NCBI RefSeq assembly: GCF_009914755.1
Contig: NC_060942.1
DNA length: 64,000 nucleotides
Source of the DNA: the human T2T-CHM13v2.0 reference genome, Homo sapiens
Reading direction: 5' to 3' (one strand)
Below are positions 37,273 through 55,160 of this stretch, in pieces (position 1 is the stretch's first letter; every line of letters starts with the position of its first letter). The translations under genes and the position numbers were made by a program. The notes below the pieces were generated by a model that was given only the letters and a program-made list of their open reading frames with translations, ran no database searches and had not been told where the DNA came from.

Positions 37273-37361
37273 TAGTTTTTGGGTTGTTTGTTTTCCTATC
37301 TCCTTTCTCCCCACTAGAATGTAAGATTCATGAGGGCAGGCAGGCTGTTTTGTTCACTAAT

Positions 37362-37728
37362 TGTCTTAGGTCATTTTGTGCTTTTATAAGAGTATACTTC
37401 AGACTGGGTAATTTATAAGGAACAGAAATTTATTTCTCATAGTTCTTCAAACTGGAAAGTCCAAGGTCAAGATGCAAGAAACTTACCTGATCTCTCTGCT
37501 GCCAGTATGGTGCCTTGAGTGCTGCAACCCTCAGAAAGGAACATTATGTCCTCACATGGCAGAAGAGTAGGAGAGAGTGAACCCACTCTCGCATGCCTGT
37601 TATCCATAGGAGTATGAATCCATGTATGAGGGCGAAATGGATTAGTCCCATCTCTAGATACTATTGCATTGGGGATTAAATTTCCAATATCTGGGTTTGG
37701 AAGGGAACAAAAGCATTTAAACCACTGC
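37362..37728 (-). mobile_element. MST-family (MSTC-like) MaLR solo LTR
   Basis: TGTCTTAG...AGACTGGGTAATTTATAAGGAACAGAAATTTATTTCTCATAGTTC...GTCCTCACATGGCAGAAG...GCATTGGGGATTAAATTTCCAA. Confidence 0.85.
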
Positions 37729-38314
37729 CCTACTCATCCGTGTATCCTAGAATGGGATCTGGCATCTAGTTTTTGCTCAAAAAATATTTGTTGAATGGAC
37801 AACTAAATAAAAGAATGTTTACTAGAGAAAATGGACTGGAGTTGGGTGTGAGAACTTACAGACTAATTGTAATTCGGCTAAGCCCGGCAAGAAAGAGAGA
37901 ATCCTGCAAGTGAGGGGTGCAGGAAGATCAGACGAGTTAGTAAAAGGGAGAAAAACAAGAGCCCAGTGGTTTAAAAATAATCTCTGTGCTTATCCATCGT
38001 CATAAGGGTGGCTGTCAGTCATCAGTGGTTGTCCACTGTGGTTTCAGCCTCTGCCAGTAGTGGCCACAACAGTCCCTATCACATGAGTTAGAGCCCTCAA
38101 GAACAACAGCTACTTACTGGGAGTCTATGGAAAGCTCCTCCACTCAGGCTTCCCCACAATTTATGCTTTAAGAGTATACTGATAGATTAATTAAAAACTA
38201 GCTACTGGCATCGGCATAGTCACCTTACCTCTTTGCAAATGACTTGCTTGCCCTGCCATCATTCTTCAATTTTTGCCTTTGTTCTCACATCTACTAAAAT
38301 ATTAGTAATAATTA

Positions 38315-38480
38315 CAGGAATATGGTGTAATTGGAATAGCGCTGAACTGACAAGTCTGAGGCCTCGATTTCAGTCTTTATCATTAACTACCTGGATGACC
38401 TCTCTGGTTCTCAGTTTCTTTATTCATAAAAGGAGGTAATCAGTTTACATCAATTGTAAGCACTTTAATTCTCAAATTAA
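38315..38480 (+). mobile_element. MIR relic
   Basis: ATATGGTGTAATTGGAATAGCGCTG...CTCTCTGGTTCTCAGTTTCTTTATTCATAAAAGG. Confidence 0.6.
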
Positions 38481-39537
38481 TCTTCAAATTCTACAATAGT
38501 TTTGTTCTTCATAAAGTCAACCATTGATTTAGGAGGAAATTCCTAAAGTCTACTGGCAGTTCAGTTGTGAAGAACCTAACTACAGTGTAATAAATGATGC
38601 TTAAACTCCCAGACCAGCTAGTACGACTTACAAAGACTATTTGAAGCATAAGGTAGTTGAACTCTCATTCTGATAGTCCAGCAGTCTCCAGAATCACTGA
38701 CTAGTGGGTGTCAAGTGCTGAATTTCTCTGAGCTTAGCCTTATGAGCCCTGAGCAGGGGGCTGGACACTGCCTGTTGGAACTGGGTTGAGGTTCCAGTGG
38801 CAGTGGGTCTTAGATCATCCATGTTGGAGAGGCTAAAGGCAGAGCAGAAGGGAAGCATGGAGTTCTCCCAAACGAAGGTTAGCGCACTGGGGGAGACCCA
38901 TAATCAAAAGAACAAAAATACTTTGCTTTCAGTAGTGCTTTATACCTTTGGAAATGCCTCTGCAATTTTTTTTTATCATCATAGTCAGTGCAGATGTCAT
39001 TGCTTGGATCTGCGCTAAATGTTGTAAGGGATCTCCTCAAAAGATTTACAGTCCAGGAGGGAGGGCAGCAGCAAGTAACTGTACTGTAAGCCTGACTGTG
39101 CTAAGCCCTATAGGATATACAGAATGAGTATCGTGGGGGCCCAGGGGACGGAGGGATAAATGTCAGCATGAAGCTTTATGAAGGAGGGGGCATCAGAGAT
39201 GGCTTTTCCCAGCTGGAACAAGGCAAGCAAGAGTAACACAGCAAATGGCTTTCCAGGGCACAAGGAACTCCACAACTCATGTCACAGGCATGTAGGATCT
39301 TTTGTGATGAGAGTGGTTACTATGACCCATGTATTTCCAGACGTCAGATTAGAAGGACCAATTGGCCAAGCTTGAGGAATTTGAACTCTATTCCTGAATC
39401 AGAGTAGCCACAAAGATGTATAAGCATAAGAGATACCCAAATATTCCATTTTGGTTACTTTGCATGTAAAAATAAAATAAAGTGGCTTGAAGTGGTTTCC
39501 TTATTCTCCAAGTGCTTATAGATTAGGATAGTAAGGA

Positions 39538-39547
39538 GCGCATGCGC
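39538..39547. promoter_or_regulatory. NRF1 palindrome GCGCATGCGC
   Basis: Perfect 10-bp core; 11/12 match to TGCGCATGCGCA; occupancy unknown. Confidence 0.45.
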
Positions 39548-42500
39548 AGGAAGAGATGGAAAAAATATGAGTTAGCTCTCCCAGTATCTCATTTCTTTCT
39601 CACTGTGTAAGCCATTCTCATGCTCATTTTATATATAGGCAAATAGAGGAATAGAGATTTTGGTAAGTAAGTTGCCCCAAATCTCACATGTAGTAACCAT
39701 AGAGCTAGAGCCAGAACAAGAACTTGCACCTGCAAAATTGCAAAACGGATGGTCTTTCTAATAAACTATATTCTGGTCATGTCCATGAACTTCACTGAGG
39801 TTCTAGGAAGGGAGATGTGTTCTGCTGCATCCGTTGTTACCATGTGAGCTACAGTCATTGTTGGAATGTAAAGTGTTGGTGTTGCAAATTACCTTTATAA
39901 AGAGCTGGAGTAATTATCTCCTGCTTCCTGCTCTCCCAAGTCAGTGGGGTTAGAATCTTAGTTTTGTGTGGCCCAGTTAAAAATCTCTTTTCTCCAGTTC
40001 TTTGGAGCAGCTGTTGAGAGGACAAAGGCCCCATTTTAATGACAGAGTTTTTCTTGCCTAGCTGAAGTGATCACTAGTGAGCAGACACACAGCATTGCTA
40101 ACCTCTCATCTCTGGGTGAAGTGTCTCTCTCCTTTCAAGCTAAAGGGGCACAGCATCTGTAGCAAGGAAATCTAATTACATGGCGCAGGTTCTAACTTAA
40201 GATGGTGTCAGTTGTAGAATGCTGGAGAAGCAGAAGCATTATGATAGGCACTTACAGAGACCACTGTATCCTCCAAGGGATGAGAAGAAGAGTGTCAGGG
40301 ACCACTCTGGGAGATAACTAACACAGAGCTCAGAGATTCCACAGGTTGGTTCTCAAACCATGGATTAACCTAGCCTTGAAAAGAGCCGCTTGGCTAATTG
40401 CATCTGCCAGCTGCCATGTTGGTTACTACGTTGCAAAGAAGGATGGTGTCATGATATTACAGATCTCTAGAATAGCAGTACTGACAGCTTCAGGGATCAC
40501 CTCATCTGACCATATGGTTTTATATTTGAGGAAACAGAGAGAGAGGGTCAAAAAAATATGACCTTCTGGGCATTTGAAGAACATGGAACTTCCCTTGCAT
40601 AAAAGGTGTGAGTTTCATTCAGCTCAATTCCATTTGTGTAACTTTAACTCCTTTCCTCCTGAGCAACATGACTGAGTATTCCATAGGCAGGGGACAGAAT
40701 TTCCATTTAACTAATGAACAAACTGAAGTCAGGGAGTTTAGACATGTCCAGAATCACCCAGAGATCTAACATTGTATTGCCTGGATAAGCAGGCAAGTCT
40801 CCTGATGTTGTTGAGTCTTTGTAGAGCATTGATTCACAAGCATTTGGCCATTTACTTGGGAAAAATTTGTCCTATGCCAGCCATGTTCTTTAAATTAATT
40901 ATCTCCATGGCCAAGAGTATGCATTTATGAGCCAGCTGAAAAGTCAGGGTTATTCCATTTGGGGGAAAAATTAAGTAGAATTAAGCAGTTAATACACCAC
41001 TGAGCATGGAAGCTTCAGCATTGAACATTAAACAGTTATCTTGATACACTTTGCTTCTCTTCCATCTATGGACATGATTGATTACTTAACCTCCCCTTAT
41101 GACTGGTCAAAGCTTTGAGAATTGGTTGTTATGGAAAATGAGCTATGCAGTACATTGAAACCCACAACTTTCATAATATTCCTCCTGACAGTGCCCTAAT
41201 GCTACCTGGAGGAGTGTGTGCAGTCTAGAAGACACAAGATAGCAGATGCCCATGAGAAAATGAGCCAGCATGGTGGTTGCTTAAGGGTAAAGAGAATGAG
41301 GTGTTGAGGTGCATTTGCAGAAGTCCCATGGCTGCCAGGGAGACCCACACTCCAGTCCGTTTTTTTTTCCTTCTCTTGCCAAATTTTCTGCTTTTCAGAA
41401 AAATCCCTACAGTCATCTTTTTATTTGGCTGTAGACAGACACAAACAGGAAAACATCAAGATGGCCCAGTTGTAGATGTGGGACCCTTGAGACTGTGGCT
41501 TCCGTTCAGCTTGCACTAAGAGGGCAACTGCCATCTAGTTAATAAATGATGCCAGGTTGGGGGTTAGGCACTTTTGTGATTCTAGTTCCCCAGGCTCCTG
41601 TCACTCTGTCCTTCCCTCTGATAAACAGGCTCTGGGATCAGTGAGTCAGATGTCATCCACAGCCTAGGGCTTGGTGTAGAGTCAGTGCAGGGGAGCTCTA
41701 GAAGAAATGGCTAGAGAGGGAAAATGACCTGTACTGTATTTAGAGCTTTGAAGAGTGAAGTTTTTACTCCATCTTTAATCCAAAATTAAGAATAGTTGCA
41801 TTTTAGTATTTATAATGGTACAGCTGAGTAGAACTGTGTATACCCTTTATCATATTAGCCACTTTATTATTTATTATATTAATGGGGAAACTGAGGTTCA
41901 GAGGAACAGTGAATGCACTAGAAACCAGGTTTGTTAATATGCTTTTCCTACCATGCCCCCTGTGCTTTGAGTTGCCTTTGCATTCTAGGAGTCAAATTTG
42001 CTAATATGGCAGAGGATGGGTTTATTCAGAAGAAATCTAGAAATACACCATAGACCCTAGGGTTGTTTCCATGCCAACTCACCTGATTATTTAGTAACAA
42101 ATAGACTCCCAAACCAAAGTACATTGCTCATCCCCCACCCTCAACCTTGGGGATAACTGATTAAGCTAGATACCCCATTAGCAAATCACCTCCTATGTGG
42201 CATCAAATGTGTTCCCAGATGGTTCAGAAGAGCATAGTCACTTTTCAAGATCAGGGAGAGCAGAGCAGGACGGCAGTTCAGGATAGGCGTGTCCAGCTTA
42301 GGCAGCCTCTCTCCATGTTCCAACCATGCTCTTTTTCCTTCTTGATCCTGTGTGAGTTTTGTTTTGTTTTTTTTTTTTTTTTTTTCACGAGAATGAGCTA
42401 AATTTTCCAGGGCTCGTTTAATGGCTGGGAAAGTTGCTACAGTTCTGCCTGGATTTTTTTTTTTTTTTAAACCACAGCGCTCAAGCTGTTGGGTACATAC

Positions 42501-43094
42501 CCATGAGGCAGTAACCATAAAGCTAAGAGACAACTAAATCTTAGTTCCATCTCCAAAAATGTATGTTTTTTTTTCACCCTGAAAATTCACACATAATAAA
42601 ATACTTAAGAACCTCCTTTCATTTCCCCGTATAAATACAGGGCTGCAAGGGAAGGAGATTGGATCCAAGAAGAGAGGACAGGCTGTAGCCTGCACCAGAG
42701 CTGGGACCCACTCAACTCACAGACTCACTGCAGAAAAACCAGGCTGGATAGTCAGGCTACTTTTATGATGGGAGAAATGACTATTTTTATAGCACACTAA
42801 ATAAAACCTGCTTTTGGAGCTAGAAGTTTACTGCCAGAATGGGGAGGGCTGTTGTTTTTGTTTTCTGTTCTCCTTCCTTTCTCCCAAACCCTCCTTTTCA
42901 GCTGAGACAGGAAAGGAAGGTAGTGAGTTTTCAGGAGTCCTTAGAAAGTCTGTAGAAATAATATGATTTTAAAGATTATACTAAACATTATCCTAATTTA
43001 TCCCAGCATCTCATGCTGATTTTACAGGGAGTACATTCAGCATTCTTGCCTTTCCCAAATCATTAGAAGAGTTCTCTCAACCAAGCAATAACAA

Positions 43095-43290
43095 ACAACA
43101 GCAATAACCTCCATTTATATAGTTTTTTTTGGTTTCCAAAATGTTTTCACATCCATTAGGACTTCAGGGCAACCTGGAGAAGCCGGGTGATCAATTCTTT
43201 ATTATAGAAAGAAGGAGTGATACCCAGAGAGGTTAGGTTACTTGCCCAAGGTCATGCCACTAATTAAGAGGTGAGTGAAAAGTAAAAAGC
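43095..43290 (-). mobile_element. MIR
   Basis: CCATTTATATAG...TTTTCACATCCATT...CCCAGAGAGGTTAGGTTACTTGCCCAAGGTCA. Confidence 0.75.
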
Positions 43291-43410
43291 AGATACATTA
43301 AATAAAGAGCAAATAAAATTAAGACCCTCAGCTGGGAAGGGGGAAGTTGTTGGGGACATTACAGTGAGGGTAAGGCAAGGCTGAGGCATGATTCTGAATG
43401 TAGATATTAC

Positions 43411-43582
43411 ATTTTATTTATTTTTATTTGTGTTTGAGAGGGGGGTCTCACTCTGTCACCCAGGCCAGAATGCAGTGGCATTGTCATAGCTCACTGCAGC
43501 CTTGAACTCTGGGTTCAAGTGATCGCCCCACCTTGGCCTCCAAAAGTGCTGAGATTACAGGCGTGAGCCACTGTTCCTGGCC
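43411..43582 (-). mobile_element. FRAM-like monomeric Alu
   Basis: Single ~170 bp arm (GTCTCACTCTGTCACCCAGG...ATAGCTCACTGCAGCCTTGAAC...GTGAGCCACTGTTCCTGGCC); degenerate TSD GAATGTAGATATTA / GAAGTGTCGATATTA. Confidence 0.88.
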
Positions 43583-44359
43583 GAAGTGTCGATATTATGG
43601 AAGGTGGTTTCTGTTGACCTGCAGCTGCAACATGCCTTTGTCTTAAAAGCCTTATGCCTGGTGCATAATTATCAAAGGCTGGGAGAAAAAAGGCCTAATA
43701 CATCTAAAGCTTCCATAAGGCCACAGAAGAAAGCTTTTCCCTGCATGATTTTGTCTGATGGTTAGTGCTGCATCATCAGGAAGTGCCGCAGAAAGATGTT
43801 TCCCTGACTGGGGATGCAGTGTCCTCGTGGCATGACACAGTGGTCCCTCAGGGGCCCTCCCAGCTTCCTCGTGCCCCATCTCTTCTTGGATTCAGGGAAT
43901 TTCTGAATGCCATTCCCAGAAGTGCCTATCCCAAAACATGGTTAAGCTAGTGGATCAAGGAAAGAGGTCCTCAGAGCAACTGCCAATAGGGCAGTGATTA
44001 GAAGGGCAGGTGTCTGAGAAGGGGCCTGCTTAAGAAGCAACCAAAATCATCCACACCAAGCTGTCTAACCAGAAATGCTCAAGGAACTGATTTAAAAACA
44101 AACAAACAAACAACAACAACAACAAAAAGAAATTCTGCAGGAGATAGTCAAGCCATCAAGCTAAGCAAAAGCTTCAGGTTCAGGTCAGTCTTTCCTTGGA
44201 GGTCGGTTCAAGAATCCAGAGCTATTGGGAGAGGTTCTATAGGTAAGAAAGATTCAGCAAAGTGTATGGGCTTGCCGGGTGCCCAGAGGCTTTATGAGGG
44301 TGCTTTTCACATGTCTCCTGATGGAAGGGCTACTGTCAGGGAAAGTAGGAGGGGTAGCT

Positions 44360-44490
44360 TGAGATTGGAGACAGGAGACTGTGGCTCAAGTTCTGGCCCT
44401 GATTATCCATTTGAGTTTAAGCAATCCATTAGTCTTTTAAGACTTGATCTCTTCATCTGTAAAATAGGGTCTCCAACGTCCTTCACAACT
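44360..44490 (+). mobile_element. MIR (MIR3-like) relic
   Basis: GGAGACAGGAGACTGTGGCTCAAGTTCTGGCCCTG...CTTCATCTGTAAAATAGGG. Confidence 0.65.
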
Positions 44491-45483
44491 AAGATTTCAT
44501 ATATTTACAAAAGCACCATGTCTCGTCTATAGTGCCACCGAATGTATATGTTTGTTTAATGAATGATTCTCTGATGAAGAGAGTCAGATGCCTCAGGCTA
44601 TGACCTAATGTAGCTCTGCAGCCTACATTCAACCTTCACTGTCACCATTCCATGACAGCAACTGCCCACAGACAGGCGCCAGTGCTCATCATTGAAAATA
44701 TGTGATTCATCTTGTCCCCATGACTCTATAGCATGTCAGCACCCTCACCCCAAAGCACTGCTTCAAGAAATATACACTGTCTAGCTTTTTATATTTTGAT
44801 AGAGGAAAAGACAAAACTCTCTAAGAAAAGGGGATAAGGTGTGTCCATTTCACAACTCCTGGATAACTGATGAACAATCTTAAGGTATCTATACTCCAGG
44901 AAGGCAGAGAAGATTGAGGCTGAGCTATTTGGCCCGAAATAACTGCAGAATCACAGCCAGTGAGTGTGCCCAATCAAAATGTGGCAGTAACCAGAGCCAG
45001 GTCTGGGCTGGCCTCCTCTTCAAAGCAGTTATTGTCACTGTGGTTATCAGTGACCTCTCCCAGACCTGGCATCACCGATCAGGAGTTTGAACTAGAACTG
45101 TTGCCAAAAGGGATGTGGGGATGACTAGGGTTAAATGGTGCAGCATGCTGTACCCCTGTTAGTGGGTAACTGCATTTATGATGGGTGTCAATACTAGTAA
45201 TTAATTTTTAAAAGGAGACTAGTAATACCTGACATTTGTTGAACACTTCCAATGTGTTCTGTGATGACATTATATATATAATTATACTTTAAGTTCTAGG
45301 GTACATATGCACAATGTGCAGCTTTGTTACATATGTATACATGTGCCATGTTGGTGTGCTGCATCCATTAACTCGTCATTTACATTAGGTATATCTCCTA
45401 GTGCTATCCCTCACGCCTCACCCCACCCCACGACAGGCCCTGGTGTGTGATGTTCGCACCCTGTGTCCAAGTGTTCTCATTGT

Positions 45484-49332
<3,849 letters not shown>

Positions 49333-49380
49333 TTATTTTGCTTGTTAGTTGATGCAGTTTCTTCCTAGCATTGATGGTCT

Positions 49381-50410
49381 TTACAATTTGGCATGTTTTT
49401 GCAGTGGCTGGTACCGGTTGTTCCTTTCCATGTTTAGTGCTTCCTTCAGGAGCTCCTGTAAGGCAGGCCTGGTGGTGACAAAATCTCTCAGCATTTGTTT
49501 ATTGTAAAGGATTTTATTTCTCCTTCACTTATGAGGCTTAGTTTGGATGGATATGAAATTCTGGATTGAAAATTCTTTTCTTTAAGAATGTTGAATATTG
49601 GCCCCCACTCTCTTCTGGCTTGTAGAGTTTCTGCTGAGAGATCCGCTGTTAGTCTGATGGGCTTCCCTTTGTGGGTAACCCGACCTTTATCTCTGGCTGC
49701 CCTTAACATTATTTCCTTCATTTCAACTTAGGTGAATCTGACAATTATGTGTCTTGGAGTTGCTCTTCTCGAGGAGGATCTTTGTGGCGTTCTCTGTATT
49801 TCCTGAATTTGAATGTTGGCCTCCCTCACTAGGTTGGGGAAGTTCTTCTGGATAATACCCTGAAGAGTGTTTTCCAACTTTGTTCCATTCTCCCCATCAC
49901 TTTCAGGTACACCAATCAGATGTAGATTTGGTCTTTTCACATAGTCCCATATTTCTTGGAGGCTTTGTTCATTTCTTTTTACTCTTTTTTTTCTCTAAAC
50001 TTCTCTTCTCGCTTCATTTCATTTATTTGATCTTCCATCACTGATACCCTTTCTTCCACTTGATCAAATCGGCTACTGAAGCTTGTGCATGCATCACGTA
50101 GTTCTCGTGCCATGGTCATTTAAGGACTCCTCAGGTCATTTAAGGACTTCTCTACACTGTTTATTCTAGTTAGCCATCTGTCTAATCTTTTTTCAATGTT
50201 TTTAGCTTCTTTGCATTGGGTTTGAACATCCTCCTTTAGCTCAGAGAAGTTTGTTATTACCGATCATTTGAAGCCTTCTTCTCTCAGCTCGTCAAAGTCA
50301 TTCTCTCTCCGGCTTTGTTCCGTTGCTCACAAGGAGCTGCATTCCTTTGGAGGAGAAGAGGTGCTCTGATTTTTAGAATTTTCAGCTTTTCAGTTGTGGT
50401 TTCTCCCCAT
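49381..50410 (-). pseudogene. L1 ORF1p, disrupted
   Basis: ATG at 50410; fragments KRPNLHLIGVPESDGENG and GKPIRLTADLSAETLQARREWG; TAA at 49381-49383. Confidence 0.93.
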
Positions 50411-51441
50411 CTTTGTGGTTTTATCTACCTTTGGTCTTTGATGATGGTGACGTACAGTTGGGGTTTTGGTGTGGGTGTCCTTTCTGTTTGTTAGTTTTCC
50501 TTCTAACAGTCAGGACCCTCAGCTGCAGGTCTGTTGGAGTTTGCTGAGGTCCCCTCCAGACCCTGTTTGCCTGGGTATCACCAGCGGAGGCTGCAGAACA
50601 GCAAATATTGCACAACGGCAGATGTTGCTGCCTGATCCTTCCTCTGGAAGCTTCATCTCAGAGGGGCACCCAGCCGTATGAGGTGTCAGTCGGCCCCTAC
50701 TGGGAGGTGTCTCCCAGTTAGGCTACTCGGGGGTCAGGGACCCACTTGTGGAGGCGGTCTGTCCATTCTCAGATCTCAAACTCCATGCTGGAAGAACCAC
50801 TCCTCTCTTCAAAGCTGTCAGACAGGGACGTTTAAGTCTGCAGAAGTTTCTGCTGCCTTTTGTTCAGCTATGCCCTGCCCTCAGAGGTGGAGTCTACTGA
50901 GGCAGGCAGGCGTCCTTGAGCTCCGTGGGCTCCACCCAGTTCGAGCTTCCTGGATGCTTTGTTTACCTACTCAAGCCTCAGCAATGGCAGACGCCCCTCC
51001 CCAGCCTTGCTGCAGCCTTGCAGTTTGATCTCAGACTGTTGTGCTAGCAGTGAGTGAGGCTCCGTGGGTGTGGTACCCTCCGAGCCATGCACGGGATATA
51101 ATCTCCTGGTGTGCCATTTGCTAAGGCTATTGGAAAAGCGCAGTATTAGGGTGGGAGTGTCCCAATTTTCCAGGTACTGTCTGTCATGGTTTCCCTTTGC
51201 TAGGAAAGGAAATTCCCCAACCCCTTATGCCTCCCAGGTGAGGCGATGCCCTGCCCTGCTCCATGGGCTGCACCCACTGTCTGACAAGCCCCAGTGAGAT
51301 GAACCTGGTACCTCAGTTGGAAATGCAGAAATCACCCGTCTTCTGTGTCACTCATGCTGGGAGCTATAGAATGGAGCTGTTCCTATTCGGCCATCTTGGA
51401 ACCTCCTGTGATAACATTTTTACCAACCTTGTCTTGTTTAA

Positions 51442-51837
<396 letters not shown>

Positions 51838-51939
51838 TAGGTAGTAAGAGGCAAAGCTGGGATTCGAACTTGTTTTTCTGATTCCAGAGTTTCAATGCAC
51901 TCCCAAGATTTCCCACTGTGTAGGAAACTCTAGTGTAAC

Positions 51940-52170
51940 CCTGACCAGGCACCAGGCACTGGTCAAAGTGCTTTACATAGATTATTTGATTCACTTGTTG
52001 ACCTCATCTTAAGGGTAACTATATTATGTTTCCTGTTTTACAGATAGGGAAAGTGGGACACAGAGAGGTAAAGCAACTTGCCCAAGGTCACACAGCTAGT
52101 AATATTTGGACTCAGCTCAGATTTGACCCCATTTGTGCTGGCTCAAGAGTCTGTGCTCCTAACTGCTGTA
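51940..52170 (-). mobile_element. MIR
   Basis: CCAGGCACTGGTCAAAGTGCTTTACA...TTTTACAGATAGGGAAAG...AACTTGCCCAAGGTCACACAGCTAGTAA. Confidence 0.85.
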
Positions 52171-52923
52171 CACTCCTGCCCCATTTCCTCTCAGAATAAA
52201 GACGGAAGACAGTCCACAAGTGACACATGCCACACTATCTTCAGCAGGAATCCTAGAGAAAGTTCAGGGGCACATATAGGAGATTCCAAAGGCAGTGGCC
52301 ATGGGTTGACATGGGGACCCACATGACCACTGCACCTGAGGCATTGTGATGGGAAGCCATCAGGACATGAACTTGTTCTTGCAGCACTACAGGGAGGAGC
52401 GGCAATGAATCCAAGGCTCAGACTCCACCCACAAGGCCAGCCTGTCATCCTGGCTCTGCCCACCAGCCTCTGTGAGGTCACTTCTTTCAGAGGGGACTTA
52501 CACTAAATGAGTGAGGCACCAAATGCTTGCAGTTCACAGTGTTCATGGGAAGCTTAAAAGCTGGAATTTTAGATGAATTCAGCATTTTCTTGACATTTTA
52601 GACTTGATTTATAATCAACGGTTATTTTAGCCCTAATGGCAAAAAACACCAGTTTGGCAGTAAAAAGCATTAATATAAAGGAAAAAAGGGAAACATGCGG
52701 TAAAGAGGAAAAGGATGCTTCTTTTCCTCTGCTCTTTCTTATCTATTTTTTTCTTTTTCCTCTAATACCCACAGGCTAGGTATAATCTTGGTGCATAATC
52801 TTGGAACCCTCTCCTGCTTCTGCCTGCATGACTGTCTCTCACTGGTCTCCCTGCACCCACTCCACCCTGAGACAAAGCTGAACAATTTCATTTCAGCTCT
52901 CCCATGTAGAAACCCTTGCATTA

Positions 52924-53104
52924 CAGTGTTGGCCAAACTTGGCTGAAGTAAGAGGCTCTCTAGAAGTACCTGTTAAAAACACCAGAGTCCTGGGCCCCAA
53001 CCCAGAACAATGACTCCACATGTGCAGAAGGGGAGCCTTGTGAGCTGTGTATTTAGAAGAGGCCACTGGTGATTCTTAACCATAAACAAGCATGGGAAAT
53101 GACT
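52924..53104. mobile_element. MER5-like hAT MITE
   Basis: CAGTGTTGGCCAAACTTGGCTG...TGTTAAAAAC...CCTGGGCCCCAACCCAGA...GGTGATTCTTA. Confidence 0.6.
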
Positions 53105-54511
53105 TTTGGCCAGGTTAATGATCCTCTCTCCTCATTCATTTAACTTTCTCCAGGAGGCAGGCTTCTCAAATCCCTTGCCATGCATGCCCTGCCTTTCAAG
53201 GGGCTACAGGTTTTTACTGATAGGACATTCACACGTGAATGTTCCACCACACTAATTTTGCCCCTTCATTGTAAGATACCAATTCTCAAAGAGGAGACAA
53301 GAATGTGTTATGTTTCTTTCTTTTTTGAGAGGAGTAGCATGGAGAACAAAGCCTCAGTGAAGAATAGCTAAAACATTTTTAAAACTGAAATGTTGCTCCC
53401 TGTAATTCTTCTCCATCAGGATGAGCCTGCAGTTGTCCCTCAATGCCTTCCTACTGCAGAATGTATCTGAATCAGGACTGCACCCTAATTTTGGCTTCAT
53501 CCCTCAGAAGCCCAGCCCAGGGCTCCCAGGACCCCACTGGAGACCTTCAGATGCCTGAGCAGGGAGGGCAGAGGCTGCTGCTGGAAAAGACAGAGCCGTG
53601 GTGCTGTAGTGGGATCCCGGGGCAGCGGGTCCTTGGCACTTGAACAGTGAAATCTGGAGGCCACCAAGTCCCTTCTGGAAGGATGCAGCAGTGCCACTGC
53701 ATTCCAATTAGCCCCTCCAAGCCTGCCCCATGGCTGTCTCTGAAGTGGTCACCTTGCAGCTCCACACTAATTTACCTCTCTCTTTCAGTAAGTTTTCTGA
53801 AGTCGGCTTCCAGCTCTACTGCTGAGAGGCTGTTTTTTTATTTGTAAGTCACATAATTGAAAATCCAGTTTTTATAATTTTTTCCCCTACCAGTACACAT
53901 GTCTCGACCACGGGGAAGCCCCTGGAAGCCTGCTAAAAACAGCCATAGGAGGGGGTGCTGGGAAGTCTCTTCTAGGGGCACGTTTGCTCTCAGTTGCAGT
54001 GACCTGGTCCTCGGATGCCAGCCAACACAGAAAGGGATGCCTGTCTCCTCTGCTTGCCAGAGCCATCCAAGGACACGCAGATAGACTCCATCTCTAAACA
54101 GGAAAGTGATATCTAAGAGGTAGAACAAGGTAATCTGTGCACAAGTGAGCTCTCTATGACTGCATATTGTCAGGTAGCCCCGAGGGAAGCTGTACAGGAA
54201 GATCTCAAGCTCTGAACATTAGGCTAGGTTGAAAGCAGAAAGTGGTGAGAGACAGCAGCCAAGAGGGTGACCAGAATGAATGATTGCTAGAAATGCCCAA
54301 CTGAGTTTAAATGAGGTACTCCCTGGTTAATGTCTCCACCCTAGACCCTATTTCTGCTGGATGTTGTTTTCAGAAAAGCAGTTCACTGAAAAGTATGGGA
54401 ATAAAATAGCTATATTTATATAATGCCTACTATGGGCCAAGCACTGTGTTAAATACTTGACAGTCTTCAACTTCTAATGCTTTCAACTCCCCCTTTAAGA
54501 TAGGCACTACT

Positions 54512-54839
<328 letters not shown>

Positions 54840-55029
54840 CTAGACAAGGAAGCTCAGGTGTAAGAGGTCAGGTGACGTGTCTAGTGAATGGTATGTAGAG
54901 CTGAGATTCCACCCCAGGCACAGAACCTGAGCCTCCCCACCACACTGCAGCCTTTCAGCTACTCCTTAGAGCCCAGGAACAGTGAGTCTGGTCAAGGTCT
55001 TAGGAGAAGACCGGCACATCTCAGATGCT

Positions 55030-55160
55030 AGTCCTTGAGCTCCACCTGGGAGCTTATTAGAAATGCACGCTTGCAGCCCCATCTCAGACTTCCAAAATCA
55101 ATCTGCGTTTCGGCAGATTCCCCAGGTGACTCTTGTGCGCTCTGAATATGAGCAGTGCTG
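55030..55160 (+). mobile_element. MER5-type MITE fragment
   Basis: CACCTGGGAGCTTATTAGAAATGCA...AATCTGCGTTT...AGATTCCCCAGGTGACTC. Confidence 0.75.

Noticed and set aside
42625-42795. TATAAATA and a MEF2-like CTATTTTTAT as a promoter
   Set aside because: Imperfect match and no supporting downstream exon structure
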